Source: Gemmata obscuriglobus
Lineage (GTDB): Bacteria; Planctomycetota; Planctomycetia; Gemmatales; Gemmataceae
NCBI RefSeq assembly: GCF_008065095.1
Contig: NZ_CP042911.1
Location: forward strand, 6,090,001 to 6,122,000
Length of the DNA: 32,000 bases
Direction: 5' to 3'
A model generated the notes under the pieces. That model was not told the DNA's origin. It saw only the letters and a program-made list of their open reading frames with translations, and did no database searches. The position numbers and the translations under genes were made by a program. Positions 1 to 7,544 of the stretch are shown here, one piece after another. The number at the start of each line of letters is the position of its first letter. Position 1 is the first letter of the stretch.

Positions 1-9
1 AACGCCATC

Positions 10-243
10 TCAAACACCACAAGCAGACGGACCAACAACGTGCACATCGCCCCAATCCTGACCGATGATGATGAGCGTCGCATCGAGATCCCCGTGGAGC
101 CGGCTCCACGGGCCGATTTCGTTTGAATCGAATGCCAGTAGATCAGGGTCGCCAGGGTTGCGAAGTCCTGGACAACGGTGGCAGTGCTTCCGCTCGGCTA
201 CCAACGTTGCGTACTGTTCCCTTTTGGTTCCCAGTGAAGTCAT
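10..243 (-). CDS. UDG-superfamily-like protein, abnormally short (77-78 aa); possibly truncated or decayed
   Basis: ORF track 10..246. HCHRCPGL...IGPWSRLHGDLDATLIIIGQDWGD resembles the N-terminal CxxC plus GQDxG region of uracil-DNA-glycosylase-like proteins. An in-frame TGA at 7-9 ends it far short of a full UDG fold. The ATG at 241-243 overlaps the stop (243-245) of the upstream gene. Confidence 0.4.
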   Translation of the reverse strand: MTSLGTKREQYATLVAERKHCHRCPGLRNPGDPDLLAFDSNEIGPWSRLHGDLDATLIIIGQDWGDVHVVGPSACGV

Positions 244-890
244 CACGGATCGCCCCTCTCGATCGTCTCATACGCCCACGCCTGCGCTTCCGCTTCAGTG
301 TCGAATGTTTTCACGCCCAGTACCGCCACGTGCCGCTGGGTCCGAAATATCGAGTTGATGGCCTCGCTCGCGTCGGATTTTCGGTCCTTATCCACACGTT
401 CTTCATTCGACGCGGCGTACCCGATCACCCTGTAGCCCCTGATCTCACCATCGTTCGTGGAGCCGTAGCACCGCATCAGCGGCCCATCCAGTTTGGCAAA
501 GAATTCGTCCTTCTCTTCCAATGAGCACATCCCGCCGGAGGCTGTCATCACTCTGGAACCCGTTGGCGCTTGACCCCACATGACGAGATACGGGATCGCT
601 CGGGAACCGCCTTGTGGGACGGACCAGGTCCACGGCCGCCGCCGCCCGGTGAATCGTCCGTTCTCGAACGTCAGGATCGCAATTCCGCAGTGGTCACGTC
701 CAGGCGGCAACACGTAATCCCCACCCAGCCAGCGTGCTTTGAGGAATTGCCGAAGGACCGGATCTCCACCCGCAAACGGCCGTGTAGTCTCTTGCTCTTT
801 CCCCCGCTCCTTCCACAGGAGGTACAGACAGCACCCCAGGGAGGCGACGGTGAGTCCGATATGGGCTACTGCCCAGAGCCGCTTAAACAT
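243..890 (-). CDS. hypothetical membrane-anchored protein
   Basis: ORF 243..950 trimmed to the internal ATG (MFKRLWAVAHIGLTVASLGCCLYLLW), which gives an N-terminal TM helix. No family recognised. GC is lower than in neighbouring genes. Confidence 0.5.
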   Translation of the reverse strand: MFKRLWAVAHIGLTVASLGCCLYLLWKERGKEQETTRPFAGGDPVLRQFLKARWLGGDYVLPPGRDHCGIAILTFENGRFTGRRRPWTWSVPQGGSRAIPYLVMWGQAPTGSRVMTASGGMCSLEEKDEFFAKLDGPLMRCYGSTNDGEIRGYRVIGYAASNEERVDKDRKSDASEAINSIFRTQRHVAVLGVKTFDTEAEAQAWAYETIERGDP

Positions 891-953
891 CGATCCTCCG
901 GTCGTCGAGATGGGGCGGGCTGTCGAGCAACCGTGCCGGGAGCCTTCCAAGTA

Positions 954-1862
954 CTAACGTTTGATCCCGTTGAGCGTCTCTAGCGCCATCAGCAATGCGT
1001 GGGTGCCCTTGCGGCCGTAGCCCTGCGCGCGAACGGCTTCGTAGAGCTGCTTCGCCAGCCCCAGCCCCGGCAGGGACAGGTTCATCTTCTCGGCTTCCGC
1101 CAGGGCGATGCCCATGTCCTTGATGAAGTGCTCGACGTAGAAGCCCGGCTCGAAGTTGCGGGCCAGCATCCGCGGCCCCAGCACCTCCAGCGCCTTGCTC
1201 CCGGCCGCGCCCACGCTCACGCTCTTGAACACCGTCTCCAGGTCCAGGCCCGCCTTGTAGCCGTACAGCAGCCCCTCGCACACCGCGATCATGTTCGACG
1301 AGATCAGGATCTGGTTCACCATCTTGGTGTGCTGGCCGGCACCCGGCGCGCCCTGGTGAACGATCGTCTTCCCCATGCACGCGAACACCGGCTGAACGGC
1401 GTCCACCACCTCCTTGTCCCCGCCGATCATGATCGACAGGGCCGCGTTCTTCGCGCCCACGTCGCCGCCGCTCACCGGGGCGTCCAGCGCCGCCACGCCC
1501 TTCGCCTTCGCCGCCTCGTAAATCTCCTTCGCCAGCGACGGCTCCGAGGTGGTCATGTCCACCAGCACCGTGCCCGGCTTCGCACCCGCGAGTGCGCCGT
1601 CGGCACCCAGGAACACCTCCCGCACGTCCTTCGGGAACCCGACGATCGCGAACACGATGTCCGCTTGCTCCGCCACCGCCTTCGGGCTATCAGCCAGCTT
1701 CGCGCCGGCGTCTACGAGCGGCTGCGCCTTGTCCGCCGAGCGGTTGTACACCGTGGCCGAATAGCCGCTCGTCATGGCGTGCTGGCACATCCACCGGCCC
1801 ATCACGCCGGTGCCGATCCAGCCGATGCGGGTTTTTCCGGGTTGCGCGACTGGAATTTGCAT
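954..1862 (-). CDS. NAD(P)-dependent beta-hydroxyacid dehydrogenase (3-hydroxyisobutyrate dehydrogenase / HIBADH family)
   Basis: N-terminal Rossmann motif [10 protein letters not shown] and full-length resemblance to MmsB/GarR-type enzymes (..DAPVSGG..GA..G.L.IM.GG..). ATG at 1860-1862. Confidence 0.9.
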   Translation of the reverse strand: MQIPVAQPGKTRIGWIGTGVMGRWMCQHAMTSGYSATVYNRSADKAQPLVDAGAKLADSPKAVAEQADIVFAIVGFPKDVREVFLGADGALAGAKPGTVLVDMTTSEPSLAKEIYEAAKAKGVAALDAPVSGGDVGAKNAALSIMIGGDKEVVDAVQPVFACMGKTIVHQGAPGAGQHTKMVNQILISSNMIAVCEGLLYGYKAGLDLETVFKSVSVGAAGSKALEVLGPRMLARNFEPGFYVEHFIKDMGIALAEAEKMNLSLPGLGLAKQLYEAVRAQGYGRKGTHALLMALETLNGIKR

Positions 1863-2061
1863 TGCGTAAGTCCCGTGAAGGAAGTATGTATATCTGCTAC
1901 AACTTTCGCGATGGTCGAATTGCCAGGGTCCGTCTCACCCCCAGGCACGATGCCGGCGACTGGCGTTCATGTTAGTGAACCCATTGCTCTGCTGACACAA
2001 CCGCACGCGAACGGAACACGCCCTACCCTTTCTCCTCTTTGATGAGGTGATTGGGTGATCA

Positions 2062-2862
2062 TTGCATTCGGTACAAGGACCGCGCGCCGTGACCGCAAAC
2101 GACATTCCGCAACTCGGTGCGCCGATCGTGCTCGTCCACGGGCTGTGCGGCTACGACCGCGTGACGGCGTTCGGCCGCCCGTTGAAGGACTACTTCCCCG
2201 GCATCCGCCCGCAGCTCGAAGCCAGCGGCAACCGCGTTCTGATGCCGCGTCTGAGCTGCACCCGCGGCGTCGCTGAACGGGCGGGCGAGCTGAAACGGTA
2301 TCTGCTCGCAAACGTCCCGAGCGGGCCGGTCCACCTGATCGGTCACAGCATGGGCGGGCTGGACGCCCGGTACATGATCAGCCACCTCGGAATGGCCGAC
2401 CGGGTGCGGACGCTCACCACCGTCGGCACCCCGCACCGCGGCAGCCCGTTCGCGGACTGGGGTTTGAAACGGTTCGGCGGGCTCCTCGCCCCGTTCTTCC
2501 AGCTCCTCGGGCTGTCCACGCAAGCGTTTTTCGACCTCACCTCCGCTGTGTGCGCCCGGTTTAACGCCACGGTGCGCGACGTGCCGGGTGTGCGGTACTT
2601 TTCCGTGGCCGGCGTGTGCGACGGCCCGCTGCTCGGCTCCGGGTGGCGGCTGCCCCACGAGATCGTCCGCCGGGCGGAAGGGGCGAACGACGGGGTCGTA
2701 TCGGTCGCATCGGCGACCTGGGGCGAACACACCGACGTGTGGGACGGCGACCATCTCAATCTGGTAAACTGGCCCAACCGTGAGGCGCGGAAGCGCGGGG
2801 TGTGGGACTCGCTCGCCCCGGACTACGGCCGCATCATCCGGCGCATCGCTACGGTTGAGTAG
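2062..2862 (+). CDS. alpha/beta-hydrolase, triacylglycerol lipase/esterase family
   Basis: PIVLVHGL oxyanion region and nucleophile elbow GHSMGG, then TVGTPHRGS. The start is ambiguous: TTG at 2062 or in-frame GTG at 2089. Confidence 0.85.
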   Translation: MHSVQGPRAVTANDIPQLGAPIVLVHGLCGYDRVTAFGRPLKDYFPGIRPQLEASGNRVLMPRLSCTRGVAERAGELKRYLLANVPSGPVHLIGHSMGGLDARYMISHLGMADRVRTLTTVGTPHRGSPFADWGLKRFGGLLAPFFQLLGLSTQAFFDLTSAVCARFNATVRDVPGVRYFSVAGVCDGPLLGSGWRLPHEIVRRAEGANDGVVSVASATWGEHTDVWDGDHLNLVNWPNREARKRGVWDSLAPDYGRIIRRIATVE

Positions 2863-3066
2863 GAACCGCCCCTCCCCGACGACCGCTATACCCTCTTCTG
2901 CCGGCGGACTCGCCCGAACTGTCCGGCGCGCCACGACCGCGCCAGCACGAGCGCCGCCCGCGATTCCTTTCGCACACCGATCTCTTTCACAGCGGTCGGC
3001 GGTGAATCCCCTCCGATTACGAACCTGCCGCCACGGAAGCGGCGTTTCCTCGGAAGGGTTTCCACC

Positions 3067-3513
3067 ATGCGTTCACTGCTCCTCGCGGCCATCGGCGCGT
3101 TCGCCGTGTCAGGTACCGCCGCCGCACAGCAGCCCCAGTACCAACCGGCCCGCTACCCGGCCCCGTCGCCGGCCGCGGCTGCTGCGACGCCGCTCCAACC
3201 GGCCTCCGGCACCACCGTCATCAGCGGCGGCGCCGGGTGCAGCAACTGCGGCACCACCACCGGCCCCGTTCGCGGGTTCGTGATGTCCGGGGTGTCGGCC
3301 CCCGGGTGCCAGCTCGGCGCCCCGTGCAACAGCGGGTGCGGCAGCATCAAGAGCGACCTCGCGTTCCAGTTCGGCTCGTGCAAGAACTTCTTCTCGCCGT
3401 GCGGCCCGACCTGGGGTGGCTTCGGCCACAAGTGCCCGACCGGCCCGATGAACCAGCCCTGGGGCACCGGGTACGGCTGCCCCCGCGCCTACGACAGCCA
3501 CGCGAACCACTAA
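3067..3513 (+). CDS. secreted Cys-rich hypothetical protein
   Basis: Signal peptide MRSLLLAAIGAFAVSGTAAAQ, a Pro/Ala-rich linker, then 12 Cys in GC/CG contexts. GGAAGG lies 9 nt upstream of the ATG. Confidence 0.6.
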   Translation: MRSLLLAAIGAFAVSGTAAAQQPQYQPARYPAPSPAAAAATPLQPASGTTVISGGAGCSNCGTTTGPVRGFVMSGVSAPGCQLGAPCNSGCGSIKSDLAFQFGSCKNFFSPCGPTWGGFGHKCPTGPMNQPWGTGYGCPRAYDSHANH

Positions 3514-3520
3514 TTCGGTT

Positions 3521-3740
3521 CCAGTAGTTTCAAGTTCGCGCCGGGCAGGGGTTCTGGCCTTTGAGTGTGGTCCGCTCACTCCGTGAGCGGCCGCGCCGCG
3601 CACCAGATTAGCTCCGCGAGCTTGCTGGCCCCATCGTTGTGCGCAACGCGAATTCGATATTTGAAGCGACCGCTCACGGAGTGAGCGGACCACACTCAGA
3701 ACCACGGCACGGGTACTCCACGCCCACTTGAAACTACTGG
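3521..3740. repeat. composite nested inverted repeat (MITE/REP-like element)
   Basis: Outer arms 3521-3535 ccagtagtttcaagt and 3726-3740 acttgaaactactgg are complementary at 15/15. Inner arms 3562-3590 and 3670-3698 are complementary at 29/29. Each inner arm contains its own 8-bp palindrome ccgctcac-N3-gtgagcgg. Confidence 0.85.
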
Positions 3741-3758
3741 GTTCCGGCTCTCTGGTTT

Positions 3759-3831
3759 CAGTCCGCAAGCCGTCAAGTCGAAGATCAACTCGCATGGAGC
3801 GAAGGTCTTCAACTTGACGGCTTGCGGACTG
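3759..3831. repeat. long hairpin (20-bp perfect stem, extendable to about 27 bp)
   Basis: 3759-3778 cagtccgcaagccgtcaagt is the exact reverse complement of 3812-3831 acttgacggcttgcggactg. Pairing continues inward with one mismatch and one G-U. It lies between convergent genes. Confidence 0.8.
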
Positions 3832-3936
3832 ATTCACTTTACGCCTGAACGACACCCACTCACCACCAATCACCAGACAATCACCTTGCCAGTTCTGCAT
3901 GGCATCACGGGACCTCGATTTACACCTACCGCAGCG

Positions 3937-4629
3937 TCACCCCTTCCCGAGCACGAGATCGACCGCCCAGCACCCGCGGACGTGTTCGCCCGGCTCGCGA
4001 CAGTGGTTGAGGATGTCGTCGGAGGTGCAACCGGCGTCCTGAAGCGCGTCCGCCAGGATGGGCATCGCACTGAAATCGCGCGACTCATACATCTGGTGGG
4101 CGAGGGCAACGGCGGTGTCGGTGCGCCACTCGGGGACGAAAATGATGGGGCGGAAAGGGTTACCGAAGATGTCACGAAGCGGCTCTTCGAGCAGCAACGC
4201 GCGATAGGCGGACAAGGCCGGGTCGTATGGCTCGTGCCTGTCCAAAGTCATCAGGGCGTTGGCAAAGTAGGCGGCGGCGGTTTCCGATGTGCGTCGCGAG
4301 TCGGGGCGTTGCCCTCGCAAGTTGCGGAGGGAAGTGGAGTCGTCGATCCAATCCGCCGTTCGTCGCTGCCCCTCGGCCGCTTCCAGGCGAAACGCAGCGC
4401 CTTCGCTCGCGTACTCCAACCGCTCGTACCCTTCGTCGCGCTGCGCCTGGCCGTCGGCGTACCGCTCGATCCAATCGAGCGCGTCGCGGATCGCCCGCTG
4501 TGTCAGAAGTGGCCCATGCCCCCGGCAGCACGCTACGCCGTATAGCCACAATTTCCGGTCACCGGGAGGGCGGTTCAGATATCTCAACAACTGAACCGGA
4601 GTACCGGCCAACCATTCGGCCTCGCTCAT
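3937..4629 (-). CDS. hypothetical protein of a planctomycete/myxobacterial paralogous family
   Basis: N-terminal ...LLRYLNRPPGDRKLWLYGVACCR... and C-terminal ...MPILADALQDAGCTSDDILNHCREPGEHVRGCWAVDLVLGK modules recur in Gemmata-type genomes. ATG at 4627-4629. Confidence 0.7.
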   Translation of the reverse strand: MSEAEWLAGTPVQLLRYLNRPPGDRKLWLYGVACCRGHGPLLTQRAIRDALDWIERYADGQAQRDEGYERLEYASEGAAFRLEAAEGQRRTADWIDDSTSLRNLRGQRPDSRRTSETAAAYFANALMTLDRHEPYDPALSAYRALLLEEPLRDIFGNPFRPIIFVPEWRTDTAVALAHQMYESRDFSAMPILADALQDAGCTSDDILNHCREPGEHVRGCWAVDLVLGKG

Positions 4630-4693
4630 CGCCTCTCCCCGGAACGACCGCGGCCGGGTTGCCCCGGCCGTTCGTCGGTGCTTCGGCCCCCGG

Positions 4694-5431
4694 TCAGCCT
4701 TGTGGGCGGGCCGCGGCGTTCTTCTTCGCCTTCGGCGGGCCGAGGATCTCCTGCAGCACCACCGCCATCGCCACCCCCTGGCCGCTTCCGAGTAGCACGG
4801 TCAGGTTCTTGCCGAAGTTGGTTTTCGCGAGCGGCCGCGGGCGGTTCGCGAACCGCGTCACCTTCGTCGCGGGCGCGCCGGTGGCCGAACTCGTCTTCAG
4901 CACCTGCGCGACCGGCAGCTCTTCGATCTGCGCGGCGACCGGGGCGGCACGCGTCGGAGCTTGCGGGGACGCACTGAACCCGCCGCCCGCCGGCATCGGG
5001 TCGGCGAGTTCCGCGATCACCCGCGTGCGCGGCTTCTCGGCCGCCGGTCTGATCGGCTGAACCACGGGGGTGACCGGCGGGGACGAGCCGGGCGCGGCCG
5101 GCGCCGGGTCCGGGCTCATCGCGGCCTTGCGGCGCAGCCGATCGATCTCCGCCAGGAACCGGTCCATGTCCGACGCGGCCGGCTTCACCGAGGTGCTGCT
5201 GCTCGTCTCGGTGGTCGGGGTCGCGCGGACCGGGCGGGCGGTGGGGCGCTCGGCGCGCTCGTCGTCGCGCTCGGACCGGCGGCGCCGGTCGCGCTCGGCC
5301 CGTTCGTACCGCTCCCGCTCCAGCCGGCGCTGGTTGGCGGTTTCCTGCAAGTTGTTCAGGAACTTCGCCACCGCGCCCACGACGGTCGAGATGATGACCA
5401 GCGTGATGATGAGCCAGAAGCCGTTACCCAT
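4694..5431 (-). CDS. hypothetical single-pass membrane protein with charged, low-complexity tail
   Basis: ORF 4694..5482 trimmed to the ATG at 5429-5431 (MGNGFWLIITLVIISTVVGAVAKFL, a TM helix), followed by an R/E-rich and then a P/A-rich region. It is the last gene of the NfeD-FloA operon, same strand. Confidence 0.6.
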   Translation of the reverse strand: MGNGFWLIITLVIISTVVGAVAKFLNNLQETANQRRLERERYERAERDRRRRSERDDERAERPTARPVRATPTTETSSSTSVKPAASDMDRFLAEIDRLRRKAAMSPDPAPAAPGSSPPVTPVVQPIRPAAEKPRTRVIAELADPMPAGGGFSASPQAPTRAAPVAAQIEELPVAQVLKTSSATGAPATKVTRFANRPRPLAKTNFGKNLTVLLGSGQGVAMAVVLQEILGPPKAKKNAAARPQG

Positions 5432-5468
5432 TGCGAAACCCCGGAGCAGAGTAAGAAGGGGGGCGGGG

Positions 5469-5582
5469 CCGGAGCGAACCACAGAGGTGCCGAGGCGCGC
5501 AGAAAGGCGTGATGGGGAGAATGCCGTTCAACGCTCCCTCTCTGGCCTTTCTATGCCTCAGCGTCGCTGTGGTTCGCTCCGG
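5469..5582 (-). repeat. intra-operon long hairpin between floA and the downstream gene
   Basis: 5469-5484 ccggagcgaaccacag is the exact reverse complement of 5567-5582 ctgtggttcgctccgg (16/16). Nested inner stems include gaggc..agaaaggc / gcctttct..gcctc and gggag/ctccc. Confidence 0.75.
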
Positions 5583-5597
5583 TTTTCCCTTCTGCAC

Positions 5598-6710
5598 TTA
5601 ACGGCCCGACCCGCTCTGCCCCTCGGCGCCGCCGGTCATGGTGGCGATGTTGTTCCGCATCAGCGTGTCGGACTGCACGTTCTTCATGTTGTAGAAGTCC
5701 ATCACGCCCAGGTTCCCCTTCTGGAACGCGTCCGCGATGGCCTGCGGCACCTGTGCCTCGGCCTCCACGACCTTCGCGCGGTTCTCCTCGACGAGGGCGC
5801 GCATCTCCTGCTCGCGGGCGACGGCGGCGGCGCGGCGCTTCTCGGCTTCGGCCTGCGCGACCCGGAGGTCGGCGGCGGCCTGGTCGGCCTGGAGCTTCGC
5901 GCCGATGTTCTCGCCGACTTCGATGTGCGCGATGTCGATCGAGACGATCTCGAACGCGGTCTGGGCGTCGAGCGCGTTGTGCAGCACGGTCTGCGAAATC
6001 ATGCCGGGGTTCGCCAGCACCTCCTTGTGGTCGTGGGCGGAACCGATCGCCTTCACGATGCCCTCGCCGACGCGGGCGATGATGGTCTCTTCCGTCGCCC
6101 CGCCGACCAGCCGCTCCAGCTTCGTCCGCACGGTCACGCGGGCCTTCGCCAGGAGCTGAATGCCGTTGCGGCACACGGCGTCGAGGAACTGCTTGCCCTT
6201 CGCGGGGTCCGGGCAGTCGATCACCTTCGGGTTCACGCTCGTGCGGACCGCTTCCAGCACGTCGCGGCCGGCGAGGTCGATGGCCGCGGCCGTGCGCCAC
6301 GGCAGGTCGAGGCCGGCCTTGTGCGCCGCGATCACCGCCGTGGCGGTCTTGGGCACGTTGCCGCGGGCCAAAAAGTGCGACTCGAGTTCGCCGGTGGTGA
6401 CCCGCACGCCGGCCTGCACCAGCGCGATCTTCTGGCGCACGATCATCGCGTAGTCGACGTTCCGCAGCTTCATCCCGACGAGGCTCCCGATGCCGATGTC
6501 GGCCTTCGTGAGCAGCGCCTGGATCCAGAGCCGGATGAAGCTGAAGAACAGGAACAGGAACACCACGAAGATGAGGGCCGCGACCAGCGCCACCACGATG
6601 ATGATGATGCTGGCGGTGCTGATGTTGTTCGGCCCGCCGTCCTTGCCCGCGTCCTTGCCGAACTGGGCGAACAGGGCGAGGGCGGGCGCGAGCGTCGTCG
6701 AAAGCGTCAC
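5598..6710 (-). CDS. floA: flotillin-like protein FloA (UPF0365/YqfA family)
   Basis: N-terminal TM, then ...[27 protein letters not shown]..., a SPFH-like core and a C-terminal Ala/Glu-rich coiled coil [24 protein letters not shown] start at 6708-6710. NfeD genes lie upstream as in the B. subtilis yqeZ-floA arrangement. Confidence 0.9.
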   Translation of the reverse strand: MTLSTTLAPALALFAQFGKDAGKDGGPNNISTASIIIIVVALVAALIFVVFLFLFFSFIRLWIQALLTKADIGIGSLVGMKLRNVDYAMIVRQKIALVQAGVRVTTGELESHFLARGNVPKTATAVIAAHKAGLDLPWRTAAAIDLAGRDVLEAVRTSVNPKVIDCPDPAKGKQFLDAVCRNGIQLLAKARVTVRTKLERLVGGATEETIIARVGEGIVKAIGSAHDHKEVLANPGMISQTVLHNALDAQTAFEIVSIDIAHIEVGENIGAKLQADQAAADLRVAQAEAEKRRAAAVAREQEMRALVEENRAKVVEAEAQVPQAIADAFQKGNLGVMDFYNMKNVQSDTLMRNNIATMTGGAEGQSGSGR

Positions 6711-6790
6711 GGGTGCTGGTCCTTTCGGTTGTCGGGCCGGTCCCGGACCGGCTCACCTGGGCCTGTGTACGGTCGCGGGCGCGCCGCGGT

Positions 6791-7423
6791 TCAAATCTTA
6801 TCGAGGCCGATGTCGAAGTCGTCGAAGTCGTCCCGCGGGCGCGTCGGCTCTTCTTTTCTGGGCTCCGCCGCCCGGGGCTGTTCGCTCGCCGGCGCTACCG
6901 GTTTATTGATGGGAGCGGCGGGGGCGGCCGCTTCCAGGTCCGACACGTCCGGCACCGACTCCAACTCGCGGACGATGACCTTGCCGCCCTTCACCTCCAC
7001 GCACCGCACCCACACGCCGGCGCCGAGCATCATGCCCTCGGTCATCGCGTCCACGCGCTTCCCGTCGAACTCGACCGACCCCGAGGGGCGCATGGGGGAA
7101 ACGGTTCTGCCGGTCCGGCCCTTCAGTACCGGTTCTGCGGCCGCCGCGGCCTCCGTGCGAGAGCCGTCGAGGGCGTTGTCGAGCGACATCCGGCGCCACG
7201 CCGAAACCGCCACGAACCCCGCGGCCGGCAACCCGACCGACAGGCCCCCGAGGGCGACGAGCGCCTCAATGGTGGTGCCATAGTACAGGATGACGCCGAC
7301 CGCGAGCGCGAAGAAAACGAGCGCCCCGACCACCAAGACGCCGCCGGTCGGGATCAGGATCTCGGCGAGCAGCAGCCCCGCGCCGAGGGCCATCAGGACG
7401 AGTGCGATGGTCAGGTAATCCAT
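6791..7423 (-). CDS. NfeD-family protein, short form (TM region plus C-terminal OB-fold)
   Basis: Three or four N-terminal TM helices, then GRTGRTVSPMRPSGSVEFDGKRVDAMTEGMMLGAGVWVRCVEVKGGKVIVRE, typical of the NfeD OB domain. ATG at 7421-7423. Confidence 0.85.
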   Translation of the reverse strand: MDYLTIALVLMALGAGLLLAEILIPTGGVLVVGALVFFALAVGVILYYGTTIEALVALGGLSVGLPAAGFVAVSAWRRMSLDNALDGSRTEAAAAAEPVLKGRTGRTVSPMRPSGSVEFDGKRVDAMTEGMMLGAGVWVRCVEVKGGKVIVRELESVPDVSDLEAAAPAAPINKPVAPASEQPRAAEPRKEEPTRPRDDFDDFDIGLDKI

Positions 7424-7436
7424 GGCTTCGAGTGCG

Positions 7437-7544
7437 GAATTCGGAGTGCGGAACGCGAAACCGTAACAGCCGCGGAATGCGTAAGAGCGGAATCACTCCC
7501 GTTCTGGGTTTTATTCCGCGTTCCGAGTTCCGCACTCCGAATTC
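7437..7544. repeat. inverted repeat filling the nfeD-nfeD intergenic spacer (GGAAY heptad type)
   Basis: 7437-7454 gaattcggagtgcggaac is the exact reverse complement of 7527-7544 gttccgcactccgaattc (18/18). An inner 7-bp pair gcggaat/attccgc is also present. The left side reads GCGGAAT TCGGAGT GCGGAAC GCGAAAC with 7-nt period. Confidence 0.85.

Noticed and set aside
6788-6797. GGTTCAAATC, resembling a tRNA T-loop
   Set aside because: The flanks cannot form a T-stem or acceptor stem. The sequence includes the stop codon of the short nfeD gene. I recognised no tRNA anywhere in the window.
5070-7283. 737-aa plus-strand ORF spanning the floA/nfeD region
   Set aside because: It is antisense to two genes with clear family signatures. 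Its composition is R/G/A/H/D-rich and low-complexity, typical of shadow ORFs in high-GC DNA, with no recognisable motifs.
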